Shown in pieces: positions 7,716 to 17,272 of a stretch of 26,647 nucleotides of DNA. A program made the translations under genes and the position numbers. Source of the DNA: Myxococcales bacterium (lineage in GTDB: Bacteria > Myxococcota_A > UBA9042); NCBI GenBank assembly GCA_037441385.1, contig JBBISH010000090.1, positions 1 to 26,647 on the forward strand. The letters run 5' to 3'. Numbering within the stretch: position 1 is the first letter of the stretch; every line of letters starts with the position of its first letter. Below the pieces are notes generated by a model, which worked only from the letters and a program-made list of their open reading frames with translations, did not search any database and was not told where the DNA came from.

Positions 7716-7852
7716 GGGACTCCAGATGATCTCCGCCGCAAGGGCGGTCTGCCGGCCGAGTCGCGTCGTAGCGACAAGGGTCCAGGAATTGCTAGGTTTC
7801 TTCAGGCCTGAGGCCGGTGCGCGACCCAATGTCGGGCACCTGAGGGCCAGGG

Positions 7853-7881
7853 ATTGTAAGGTCCGGGTGGACCAGCGTCAA
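7853..7881 (-). promoter_or_regulatory. Strong sigma70-type promoter of rpsP-khpA
   Basis: Minus strand TTGACG-17 nt-TACAAT, near consensus. Confidence 0.75.
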
Positions 7882-7914
7882 GGCAAGGATCGCGACAAGC
7901 CGCGGCCGCGCAGC

Positions 7915-8619
7915 CTAATTCGCCGCCAGCAACGAGGCAACCGCCGCGTGGGTGGCCTGACGCAGAGGATCGCGATCGGCGTACTGCAGCCCCGCGGTCG
8001 AAATCGGCGGATGGACGTGGACGTGCAACGTGCCCGGTCGAATGCGGTTGGAGTGCGCGGGCATCAGCTCGTGGCTGCCGCGGATCGCCACGGGCAGGAT
8101 GTCGACCCCCGCCGCGATGGCCAGCACAAAGGCGCCCTTCTTGAACGGCTGCAATTGACCATCGCGCGACCGTGTACCTTCGGCAAAAACCAGCACATTT
8201 TGGCCCTCGCGCACCCGTTTGGCCGCGTCTTGCATGGCCTGGTGCGAGCGATCGTGGTCGGTGCGCGGCACGAACACCGCCCCGGTACGCTTGACGATCG
8301 GGCCAAACACCGGCACCGACAACAGCTCGATCTTGGCGACATAGGTCATCCCGATCGGCAGCGCGGCAAAGAGAGTCGGCGGATCCAGCAGCGACGCGTG
8401 GTTCGAGACGACCACGTACGGCCGCTTGGGATCGATGTGTTCTTGGCCGTGGACCTGCAGGTCGATGCCCGCGGCCCGCAGAATGCCTTCGCCCCAACGG
8501 CGTTGCTGGTACTCGACTTCGCGCATATCGCCGCGCATGCCGGCCGGGACGGCGAACATGCCGCGTCCCAGTGTCTGACCTACGGCCATCGACCAAGCCA
8601 AGGTAGAATGCCACACCAT
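7915..8619 (-). CDS. plsC: 1-acyl-sn-glycerol-3-phosphate acyltransferase (PlsC family)
   Basis: NHASLLD (HX4D), AK.EL..VP.FG, FVPR, FAEGTRS, FKKGAF; ATG 8619 follows a GAGGAG RBS. Confidence 0.92.
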   Translation of the reverse strand: MVWHSTLAWSMAVGQTLGRGMFAVPAGMRGDMREVEYQQRRWGEGILRAAGIDLQVHGQEHIDPKRPYVVVSNHASLLDPPTLFAALPIGMTYVAKIELLSVPVFGPIVKRTGAVFVPRTDHDRSHQAMQDAAKRVREGQNVLVFAEGTRSRDGQLQPFKKGAFVLAIAAGVDILPVAIRGSHELMPAHSNRIRPGTLHVHVHPPISTAGLQYADRDPLRQATHAAVASLLAAN

Positions 8620-8745
8620 GCTCTCCTCGTTGCTTGTTGCGCAGCTTGCGCGGCTTGCGCGGCTCTGGCCCCTGGGCGCCCGCGCACGGGTGATCGGTGG
8701 CCGAAAATGGTGATCCGTCGACGGTTTTTTGCCATGCCGCGCGAT

Positions 8746-8775
8746 TTGACCGCGGCCGCCCAGGTCGGGTACGTT
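8746..8775 (+). promoter_or_regulatory. Sigma70-type promoter of the lipoprotein operon
   Basis: TTGACC-18 nt-TACGTT, about 55 nt upstream of ATG 8830. Confidence 0.55.
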
Positions 8776-8829
8776 GTATGAATTGGGCTGCTTGTCGCCC
8801 CGCATCCCCTGAGGCGCGTCTTGATCGCG

Positions 8830-11061
8830 ATGAATACTGGTACTTGTCTGAATAGCCTACAGATTTTGGGCCGGCGCGGCAGCCGTCGGCGTGGACTCGT
8901 CACGGGGAGCGCGGTGGCGCTGGCCACTCTGCTCAGCTTGGCCTGCAGTTCGACCACGGACAAGCCTGCCAGCGACGCCAGCAGTCACGCCGATGTCAGC
9001 GGCGACGGCGCCGTGCTGGGCGACGGCATGGTCTGCAAGCCGGGCACCACCGACGGCTGCCAGACCTCGTCGCACGTCAAGAAGTGCGCGGCCGACGGCT
9101 CGGGCTGGGTGGTCGAACTCTGTGTCGACGACTTTGGCAATGCCACCCAGTGCAAGAATCCGGGCGTCTGCTCGGTGTGCGAACAAGGCACGCAGCGCTG
9201 CAATCCAGACGACGCTCTGCACGTGCAAACGTGCAACGAGAAAGGCACTTGGGACGACAGCAAGACCTGCGACGCCGCCGCGGGCCAAATCTGCGTAGGC
9301 GGCGGCATCTGTCAGAAGGCGTGTGATTTCAACGCAAAAGCTAAGAGCTACGCTGGCTGCTCGTTCTGGGCCGCCGATTTGGACAACGCGTTTGTGCCCG
9401 GCGGCGGTCAGTCGTACTTTGACGCGGCCAACGCGCAGTACGCGATCGTGGTGGCCAACACCTCGGACAAGCTGCTGTCGACCATCGAAGTGCAGAACAA
9501 CCTTGGCAAACAGCTGTTGGACTCGCAAAACGTCGCCCTGGACTATACGCCGCTGCAACCCGGCGATCTGCGCGTCTTCAACCTGCCGCCGCAGAATGTG
9601 AACGGTACCGTACAATCGCCCCTGCCGTGGCGGGTCCTGTCCACGGCCCCCGTGGCGGCGTACCAGTTCAATCCGCTAGAAAACGTCAATGTTTACAGCA
9701 ACGACGCCTCGCTATTGCTGCCCGACGAAGTGCTGGGCAAGTACTACATGGTCATGTCGCGCGAGCAGTCGTTCTCGGTGCTGCGCGGGTTCGTCACGGT
9801 CATTGCGACGCGTTCGGGCAAAACCAAGGTGACGATTACGTTTTCGAACACGACCATCGCCACGCTGCCCGGCAAGATCACCAAGCTCGACACCTCGGTC
9901 GACCCGCCCAAGGTCGTGCAGCTGGACATCAAGAGCTACAAGTCGGGCGACGCCGCCACCTTTGAGCTGGAGCAGTGGGACCTGCTGAACATCGAGACCG
10001 ACGTGGTCGGCGCGGATATCACCGGTACGGTCGTGCAAGCGACGCAGGCTGTTGCGGTTTTCGCGGGCAGCGAGGCCGCCAACGCCCCCAATACCAACCA
10101 CTGCAACGTGGACGCTTGCACCGACGCGCAGCTGGCCAAGGGCGACACCTGCGGCGTTTGCGAATGGGACAGCAAAACCCCGTGCAACAACAACGATCAA
10201 TGCAGCCAGTTCATCACCTGCTGCGCCGACCACCTGGAGATGGAGATGTTCCCGGTCAAGAACTGGGGCGCGCACTACGTGGCCGTCAAACTGAAGAACC
10301 GCGGCCAAGAAAGCGACAACTGGCGCATCATCGCCGGCACCGACGGCACCAAGATCGCTCTGGTACCGCCGCAGAAAGACCCGCACACCGGCAAAAGCAT
10401 CAACATTCCGGTGCTGAATGCGGGCGAATGGTTCGACTTCGAGGCCGGCAAAGGCCCCGAGGGCGGCAGCTTTGAGATCCTGGCCCAGCATCAAGACGCC
10501 TCGCCGGCGCCGATCATGGTTGGCCACTTCATGCAGAGCCAGGACGCGCCGGGCCCAGGGGCGCAGCAGGGCGACGCCGGCACCGGTGACCCTGCGTTCT
10601 TGCTCGCGATTCCGATCGAGCAGTGGCGGTCTGACTATGTGTTCTTGACGCCGAACAAGTATGCCGAAAACTACGTGTCGATTGCGGCGGCCGTGCATCG
10701 ATCCTGCGCGCCGAATTCGCCCAAGAAGGGCGCCGACTGCGCCACCGACGAAGAGTGTGTCGACGCCGGCCTGCCGCCCATCACGGGCGCTTGCGGCGAC
10801 GATGTGGTGGTCACGTTCGACGGCGAGCCGATCGCCCCGGATCTGTGGCAGCCGATCAACAAGAACTTCAAGTTGACCAGGCTGTTCGTGCAACCTGGTG
10901 TGCACAAAGTGCTGGCCCAACCCGTCAAGGATCAAAGCGGCGTACCGCGGGCGCGCACCGTGGCGGTCGACGCGTACGGCTACGATCAGTACGTGTCGTA
11001 CGGCTATCCGGCGGGACTGGATCTCAAAGATTTGACGTTGTTCAAGGAGCCCGGCGAGTAG
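8830..11061 (+). CDS. Cys-rich lipoprotein with IgGFc-binding (FCGBP N-terminal-like) domain
   Basis: Lipobox LSLA-C (Cys 8944); Cys-rich repeats; SYAGCSFWAADLDN, YQFNPL...SNDASLLLP, DHLE...P...WG, GDPA....P.EQW...Y.F, YGYD.YVSYGYPAGLDL. TTG 8821 is an alternative start. Confidence 0.85.
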   Translation: MNTGTCLNSLQILGRRGSRRRGLVTGSAVALATLLSLACSSTTDKPASDASSHADVSGDGAVLGDGMVCKPGTTDGCQTSSHVKKCAADGSGWVVELCVDDFGNATQCKNPGVCSVCEQGTQRCNPDDALHVQTCNEKGTWDDSKTCDAAAGQICVGGGICQKACDFNAKAKSYAGCSFWAADLDNAFVPGGGQSYFDAANAQYAIVVANTSDKLLSTIEVQNNLGKQLLDSQNVALDYTPLQPGDLRVFNLPPQNVNGTVQSPLPWRVLSTAPVAAYQFNPLENVNVYSNDASLLLPDEVLGKYYMVMSREQSFSVLRGFVTVIATRSGKTKVTITFSNTTIATLPGKITKLDTSVDPPKVVQLDIKSYKSGDAATFELEQWDLLNIETDVVGADITGTVVQATQAVAVFAGSEAANAPNTNHCNVDACTDAQLAKGDTCGVCEWDSKTPCNNNDQCSQFITCCADHLEMEMFPVKNWGAHYVAVKLKNRGQESDNWRIIAGTDGTKIALVPPQKDPHTGKSINIPVLNAGEWFDFEAGKGPEGGSFEILAQHQDASPAPIMVGHFMQSQDAPGPGAQQGDAGTGDPAFLLAIPIEQWRSDYVFLTPNKYAENYVSIAAAVHRSCAPNSPKKGADCATDEECVDAGLPPITGACGDDVVVTFDGEPIAPDLWQPINKNFKLTRLFVQPGVHKVLAQPVKDQSGVPRARTVAVDAYGYDQYVSYGYPAGLDLKDLTLFKEPGE

Positions 11062-11082
11062 CCGGCAACCAGCGAGGGCGCC

Positions 11083-14000
11083 ATGCAAGGTCTGCGGGGC
11101 AAGGGAACGAATCGTCGGTGGTGGCTGGGCTTGGCCCTGGCGGCGACCGTTTGGGCAACGGGCTGCTCGGACGACGCGGCCAGCGGCAAGTCGCCCGCCA
11201 AGACCGCGACGGACGCGGCCCAGGGCGGCGACAGCAGCGACGGCAGCGCCCTGCCCGCAGACGGCACCGCGACGAGCAGCGCGACGCAGAAACTGACGAT
11301 CGGGGCGCTGGATCCGGCGCAGGGGCGCACCAGCGGCGGCGAGACCGTGACCATCACCGGCACTGGTTTTGCCAGCACGGTGTCGGTCCTGTTTGGCGGC
11401 ACACCGCTGCAGGCGGACGCGATTTTTGTCGTGGATTCGCAGACGTTGCAGATCACGACCCCGCCGCACGAGGCCGGGTTGGTGTCGCTGCAAGTCAGCC
11501 TGCCGGGGGCCAGCGCGGGCGATCCGCCGATCACCGCCAAGTTGGACAATGCCTTCCTGTACTTCAACGACCTGGTCCTGACCAAGGTAGAGCCGGGCGA
11601 AGGTCCGGTGGCCGGCGGCACCCCCATCGCCATCGCGGGCACCGGCTTGTCGGGCAAGACGCAAGTGCTGATCGGCGGCAAGCCGGCGATCGGCGTGCAG
11701 GTCGTGGGCGACGATCAGGTGCTGTGCACCACCCCGCCGGGGCTCTATGGGCCGCAACCGGTTCACGTCGTCAACCAGCGCGGCGCGGGCCTGCTCAAGA
11801 ACGGCTTCTTCTACACGGCGGCGCCGACGATCACCTCGCTGAGCCCGTCGGCGGGGCCGACCTTGGGCGGCAGCCCGGTCAGCGTCTACGGCACCGGCCT
11901 GGACAAGAACACGCAACTCCGCTTTGGCGAAGCGCTTGCCACCATCACCGAGGTGGGCAAGGGCTATCTGAAGGTGGTGACGCCGCCCGGCCAGGGCGCG
12001 GTGGACGTGACCGCCAAGTCCAAGTACGGCCAGGCGATTCTTGCGGGCGGCTACGTGTATCTGGACGACGCCGGCACCGCCGCCACCAAGATCCTGTCGA
12101 TTGCCCCGGCTTCGGGCCCGCTGGGCGGCGGGGGTCAGGTGGTGATCGTCGCAACGGGGCTGATCGCCGCTTCGGACACGACCGTGCTCATCGGCAGCAA
12201 GACCGCTGAAATTGTCAGCGTTTCGGCCGCCGATCACGCCGCGATCGTCCGCGCGCCCAAGGCCGCCACCGCTGGCGCGGTCGACGTGACCGTGATGACC
12301 GGCAAGGGCAGCGATACCAAGAAACAGGGCTATGCGTATACGGATTCCCTGGCGCTGGTCAGCATCGCGCCCGCGTCGGGTCCGCCCGAGGGCAATACCA
12401 AGGTCGTCCTCAAGGGCAGCGGCTTTGCCAAGGGCCCGGTGACGGTCAAGATCGGCGCACTGCCGGCCAGCGCAGTGGCCGTCGTCAGCGACAGCGAAAT
12501 CCAGGCCGTGACGCCCAAGGGCTCGCCGGGCTACGCCGACGTGGCCGTCGCCATCGGCGCCGAAAAGGCCGTCCTCAAGGGGGCCTACACCTATACAGCC
12601 AAGGATCTGCAGCTGTACGTGCCTTACCCGGCCACGGGTGCCCAGGCCGGCGGCACGTTGGTGCAGATCTACGGCAGCGGCTTTGTCCCGGGCATGGAGG
12701 TGCGGTTTGGCGGCAACCTGGCCACGCACTTCAGCTTCGTCGACTCGGGCCACGTGGCGGTCAAGACGCCGCCCGGCAAGGTCGGCGCCGCCGACGTCGA
12801 AGTCTCGGCCGGCGGCCTCAAGTCGATCTTGGCCAAGGGGTACACCTACTTCAACCCGATGAGCGCCTACGGCGGCACCTGGGGCTCGGGCGTGGATGGC
12901 GCCATCAACCTGACCGTACTCGACGCCAAATCGGGCGCGCCCGTGGCCGACGCCTTTGCGATGCTCTGGACCAGTCCGGCCACGCCCTACCAGGGCTACA
13001 CCAACGCCGACGGGCAAATCACCTTCTCGGGCGACGATATCTTTGGCAAGCAAATGGTTTCGGCCAGCAAGACCGGCTACGAGTCGGCGTCGATCGTGCT
13101 GTTCGACGCCAGCAACGTCACGCTGCTGATGACGCCGATCCCGCCGCCCAGCCCCGGCTCACCGCCGCCCGGCACGCCGCCGCCCACGGTGTCGGGCAAG
13201 GTGGTGGGCCTGGACAAATACGTCTTTGTGCCCGTGGGTTCGTGCAGCAATGCCCAGGCCAAGGGCCAGACCAGCGGCGGCGTGTGCAATTCGTGCACCA
13301 GCGACGCGAGCTGCGGCGGCAGCGACCTAAGTTGCATCGACATCGGCGGCGGCAACGGCAAGCGCTGCGTCAAGTCCTGCGCCGCGGGCTGCGGAACCGG
13401 GTTCAAGTGCTACGCTTTTGGCGATGTGGGCGCCTGCGCTCCCACGGCCGGCGACCTGACCGCGGTCTGCTACCACAGCAAAGACACGATCCTGTCGCAA
13501 GACAACTACCCGCCCGAGGGCGCCGGCTTTGAGGCCACACCGGCCAAAAACTACAAGTACAAGATCATCACCAGCATGGGCGAGCAGGCGATCGTGTGCT
13601 TTGGCGGCTACAAGCAGCCGGGCGCCGCACTGACGGCGGGCGATGCCACCTCGATGCAAGCGTTCACGGCGACGGTGATGGGCGTGCGCCGTCACCTGAT
13701 GGTGGTGCCGGGCGAGAAGTTCGAAAACATCGACGTGTTCTTGAACATCCCGCTGACCGCCAAAGCCAATGTTCGGTTGGATCGGCCGCCCGTATGGCCC
13801 GTGGGCCAGACCTCCTACGGTGTGACCGCGGCCTGGGCCTACTTGGTTTTTGGCGGCGACGGCGCCATCAAGATGCCCAATCAGGATCAGAAGTTCATCG
13901 CGCCGTTCCAAGACACCGATCCCGACAAGCTCGAGATCGCGCAACTGCCGTCGGCGCTGGCCGGGGATATCCACGACGCCAGCCTGTCGATGCTGGGCCT

Positions 14001-15321
14001 GGACGTTGAAATTCGCGACAACGGCACGCAAGTGCCTGTGAGCATTACCATCAAGAACGGCATCAAAGAACTGGGCAACGACGCGATGCTGCGGCGCCTG
14101 GCGGGCAGCGACTTCGAGGCCGTGCCGACCGGCGTGCCCAAGAACATCTACGGCCTGTGGGGGGCCGCCAAAGACGACCTGTACGCGGTGGGCGCGGCCG
14201 GCACGCTGGTGCACTGGAACGGCGGCGGTTGGACCGTGCAGGCGTCGCCGGTGGCCGGAACCGCGGATCTGCATGGCATTTTTGGCACCGACGCCAAACA
14301 TGCCTGGCTGGTCGGCTGGAACGGCGCCATGGCCGCCTTTGATGGTCTGGGCTGGCAGGTGCTGCCGATGCTGTCGGGCACCGCCAACTTGAATTCCGTG
14401 TTCGCCTCGCCCAAGGCCAGCGGCGGTCACGACGTGTGGGTGGCCGCAAGCTCGGGACTGTATCGCGTGGTGAACAATGGCGGGCAACCCGGCTTGCAGA
14501 AGTACAATCCGTCGCCGTACGGCAACTACCTGGGCATCCACGGCAGCGACGCCGACCACGTCTGGGCGGTGGGCATGTACGGCTCGGCGGCGATGTGGGA
14601 CGGCAATGTCTGGAAATCGCAAGCCTCTGGCACCAGCATCGCCCTCCGCAGCGTCTGGGCCGCCGGCCCCGCGGACGCCTTTGCCGTCGGCGAGAGTGGC
14701 CAGATCCTCCGCTACGACGGCCAAGCCTGGAAGTCGATGTCCAGCCCGACCACGCAAACCCTTTACAGCGTTTGGGGTTCCAACGCCTCGGACGTGTGGG
14801 CGGCGGGCGCGGCGGGCGTGCTGCTGCACTTTGACGGCAAAAAATGGACCAAGCAGAACGTGGGCAAGGTCGACAAGAACTTGCTGGCGGTGTGGTCTAC
14901 GGCGGCCGGCGATGTGGTGTCGATGGGCGAGCAAGAACTGCTGCTGGGGCCCATGCTGTATCCGCCGCTTGCGGTCAACCCAAAGGAAGACGGCAACTTG
15001 CAGGGCAACAGCTTGGAGTGGCAGGTGGACCCCAGTTGGCCCGAGCCGCACTTCAACTACGTGACCATCGGCATCCCCGGCATGGGCGGCGACACGCCGG
15101 TGTGGAACATCATGACCAAGGGCTCGGTCACCAAGGTCGACCTGCCCGACTTCCCGACCATTCAGGGCACGCCGGGCATCCCCAAGGGCACGCCGCTGCA
15201 CCTGACCGTGATCCGCGGCTACAAAGAAGGCTTCGACATCGACCACTACGACATGACGGACCTGGATACGCTCAGCTGGCGCTCGTGGGCGCTGCACAGC
15301 TATATGTTCGTCCGCCCGTAG
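11083..15321 (+). CDS. Large lipoprotein: 6x IPT/TIG, carboxypeptidase-regulatory-like Ig domain, Pro-rich linker, Cys-rich module, 7-bladed beta-propeller
   Basis: Lipobox ATG-C (Cys 11164); six repeats of I..l.P..G...GG..V.I.G.GF...TP...G.V.V...f.Y (11287-12858); PPPSPGSPPPGTPPP; seven L.gvWG....dvWavG blades. Confidence 0.9.
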   Translation: MQGLRGKGTNRRWWLGLALAATVWATGCSDDAASGKSPAKTATDAAQGGDSSDGSALPADGTATSSATQKLTIGALDPAQGRTSGGETVTITGTGFASTVSVLFGGTPLQADAIFVVDSQTLQITTPPHEAGLVSLQVSLPGASAGDPPITAKLDNAFLYFNDLVLTKVEPGEGPVAGGTPIAIAGTGLSGKTQVLIGGKPAIGVQVVGDDQVLCTTPPGLYGPQPVHVVNQRGAGLLKNGFFYTAAPTITSLSPSAGPTLGGSPVSVYGTGLDKNTQLRFGEALATITEVGKGYLKVVTPPGQGAVDVTAKSKYGQAILAGGYVYLDDAGTAATKILSIAPASGPLGGGGQVVIVATGLIAASDTTVLIGSKTAEIVSVSAADHAAIVRAPKAATAGAVDVTVMTGKGSDTKKQGYAYTDSLALVSIAPASGPPEGNTKVVLKGSGFAKGPVTVKIGALPASAVAVVSDSEIQAVTPKGSPGYADVAVAIGAEKAVLKGAYTYTAKDLQLYVPYPATGAQAGGTLVQIYGSGFVPGMEVRFGGNLATHFSFVDSGHVAVKTPPGKVGAADVEVSAGGLKSILAKGYTYFNPMSAYGGTWGSGVDGAINLTVLDAKSGAPVADAFAMLWTSPATPYQGYTNADGQITFSGDDIFGKQMVSASKTGYESASIVLFDASNVTLLMTPIPPPSPGSPPPGTPPPTVSGKVVGLDKYVFVPVGSCSNAQAKGQTSGGVCNSCTSDASCGGSDLSCIDIGGGNGKRCVKSCAAGCGTGFKCYAFGDVGACAPTAGDLTAVCYHSKDTILSQDNYPPEGAGFEATPAKNYKYKIITSMGEQAIVCFGGYKQPGAALTAGDATSMQAFTATVMGVRRHLMVVPGEKFENIDVFLNIPLTAKANVRLDRPPVWPVGQTSYGVTAAWAYLVFGGDGAIKMPNQDQKFIAPFQDTDPDKLEIAQLPSALAGDIHDASLSMLGLDVEIRDNGTQVPVSITIKNGIKELGNDAMLRRLAGSDFEAVPTGVPKNIYGLWGAAKDDLYAVGAAGTLVHWNGGGWTVQASPVAGTADLHGIFGTDAKHAWLVGWNGAMAAFDGLGWQVLPMLSGTANLNSVFASPKASGGHDVWVAASSGLYRVVNNGGQPGLQKYNPSPYGNYLGIHGSDADHVWAVGMYGSAAMWDGNVWKSQASGTSIALRSVWAAGPADAFAVGESGQILRYDGQAWKSMSSPTTQTLYSVWGSNASDVWAAGAAGVLLHFDGKKWTKQNVGKVDKNLLAVWSTAAGDVVSMGEQELLLGPMLYPPLAVNPKEDGNLQGNSLEWQVDPSWPEPHFNYVTIGIPGMGGDTPVWNIMTKGSVTKVDLPDFPTIQGTPGIPKGTPLHLTVIRGYKEGFDIDHYDMTDLDTLSWRSWALHSYMFVRP

Positions 15322-15343
15322 CCGCCGCAAATAAGGATTTGGA

Positions 15344-17272
15344 ATGGCACGTACTTTTGCCCGTCGCGCGCTGTGCTCCTGGACCCAGGCCGCCGGAGCG
15401 CTGATCTGGGTCGCCGGCACCCTGGCCGCCTGCAGCAGCCCCGAAGGCACCGCCAGCGACACCGGCGCCACCTCAGACAGCAAAGTGTCGGACACAACGA
15501 GCGAAGTCAGCGGAGGTGACGGCGGCAGCGACAGCAAGGTCGACACCGGCGACACGTCCAGCGGCAAATCGGTCTTGACGCCGCGGCCGCTGCGGTTTGA
15601 AGAAGACCTTTTTGGCATCTGGGGTTCCAGCCCAAGCGACATGTGGATCGTGGGCCAAGGCGGCCGGCTGCTGTATTGGAACGGCAAGGTCTTGCTGCCG
15701 CGCGACTCGGGGACGACCGCCGACCTGTACGGTGTGGGCGGAACGGGCAAGAATGACGTGTGGTTCGTGGGCGCCAAGGCCAAAGCGCTGCACTGGAACG
15801 GCGCCAAGGTGGCCGATCAATCGCCGCCGCTGGGCGACCTGACCCTGCGGGCCGTGGGCGGCGCCGCGGGAGGGGCGACGGTGCTGGTGGCCGGCGACGC
15901 GGGCACCGTCTACCGCTTCCAAGAGGGCGGCTGGAAGCCCGAAAACACCAAAAGCTCGTTCAACTTGCGCAGCATCGCCGTCTCCAGTTCGGGCAACGCC
16001 TGGGCGGTGGGCGACCAGGGCGTGGGCATCAAGCTGTCTGGCGGCAGCTGGAGCAGCCAGAACCTGCCCAAAGCCAACGTGACGCTCCGCGCTGTTTCCC
16101 TAAGCCCCGCCGGGCGTTGGTACGCGTGCGGCGACACCGGCTACTTGGCGGCCACCACGGCCGGCACCTGGGAAGCCACGTTGGCCAACGACACGCAAGC
16201 CCGCGACGCCTATGGCTTGTGGGGCGTGTCCGACAGCGAAGCCTGGGCCGTGGGCCAAAAGGGCGTACTGCTGCACCTGGTGGGCAAGAAGTGGCAGCTG
16301 GACGACATCGCGGGCACCTACATGAAAGACGCGACCTTGCGCGCCATGTGGGGCCACACCGGCGACGACTTGCCGCCGGCAGGCTTTGCGGTCGGCGACG
16401 CCGGCAGCGGCATCCGCTTTGACCCCGCCACCAGCACTTGGCAAGACTTCCGCGCCGAGACCACCTCGGACCTGCGCCAGGTCGTGGCCATGGCGGATGG
16501 CTCGCTGTACGCCTGCGGCAGTGGCGGTGCGGTGTTGCGGGCCACCGATCGCAATGCGCCGTTCTACGATCTGGCCGCGCCGATCACGGCGGCGGATCTG
16601 TGGGACTGCACGACCAGCGGCACGGCGCTGTGGGTGGGCGGCGAAGCCGGCCTGGCGGCGCGCTGGAGCCAGGCCGACGGCTGGAAAGTCGAGAGCACCG
16701 GCTTGCAGGGCGCGGTGACCGGCCTGGCCCCGCTGAGCGACGGCATGCTGGCGGTGGCCGACGACGGCAGCGCGGCCATGCGCAAGGCCGATGGCGCCTG
16801 GACCATCGAAAAGACGTTGAATCAGCTGCCTTTGCGCTCCGTAGCCGTAGCCGGCGGTCAGGCCTTTGCCGTAGGCGACGTGGGCACCGTGCTGCGCCGC
16901 GACGCGGCGGGCAAGTGGACGGCCGAAGCGATGAGTGAGACCGGCGACCTGCATCGCGTCATCGCCTGGGGCGACGGCGAAGCGATGGCCGTAGGCGACT
17001 TTGGCGCCATCTGGCTGCGCAGCAAGGGCGCGTGGACCAAGGCGTTCGAAGCGCCGGAGTTGCCGCTGTACGGCGCCACCCGCAAGGACGACGGCACGCT
17101 GATCGCCGTGGGCTGGCAGGCCACGCTGGTGGTACAAAAGCCAGGCGGTGCCTTTACTTTGGTGCCTTCGCAGACCGCGGGCGTGCTGCGCGGCGTAGTT
17201 TCGACCAAGCAAGGCACGCTGGCGGTAGGCATGAAGGGTGCCGTGTTCGGTGTGGCGGAGGCGCTGCCATGA
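15344..17272 (+). CDS. Lipoprotein, double beta-propeller (14 blades; WD40/YVTN/BNR-like repeats)
   Basis: Lipobox LAA-C (Cys 15431); D/S/T-rich linker; 14 repeats of about 40 aa (dL..v......awavG..G.ll.w.g..W). Confidence 0.88.
   Translation: MARTFARRALCSWTQAAGALIWVAGTLAACSSPEGTASDTGATSDSKVSDTTSEVSGGDGGSDSKVDTGDTSSGKSVLTPRPLRFEEDLFGIWGSSPSDMWIVGQGGRLLYWNGKVLLPRDSGTTADLYGVGGTGKNDVWFVGAKAKALHWNGAKVADQSPPLGDLTLRAVGGAAGGATVLVAGDAGTVYRFQEGGWKPENTKSSFNLRSIAVSSSGNAWAVGDQGVGIKLSGGSWSSQNLPKANVTLRAVSLSPAGRWYACGDTGYLAATTAGTWEATLANDTQARDAYGLWGVSDSEAWAVGQKGVLLHLVGKKWQLDDIAGTYMKDATLRAMWGHTGDDLPPAGFAVGDAGSGIRFDPATSTWQDFRAETTSDLRQVVAMADGSLYACGSGGAVLRATDRNAPFYDLAAPITAADLWDCTTSGTALWVGGEAGLAARWSQADGWKVESTGLQGAVTGLAPLSDGMLAVADDGSAAMRKADGAWTIEKTLNQLPLRSVAVAGGQAFAVGDVGTVLRRDAAGKWTAEAMSETGDLHRVIAWGDGEAMAVGDFGAIWLRSKGAWTKAFEAPELPLYGATRKDDGTLIAVGWQATLVVQKPGGAFTLVPSQTAGVLRGVVSTKQGTLAVGMKGAVFGVAEALP

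Noticed and set aside
15345..15360. Sigma54-like TGGCACGTACTTTTGC
   Set aside because: GG-to-GC spacing is one base too long, and it overlaps a start codon within an operon.
8872..15375. Twin-arginine-like motifs (SRRRGL, NRRWWL, ARRAL) in three signal peptides
   Set aside because: Arg-rich n-regions are common at high GC, none fits S/T-R-R-x-F-L well, and disulfide-rich proteins more likely use Sec; SignalP6 would settle it.
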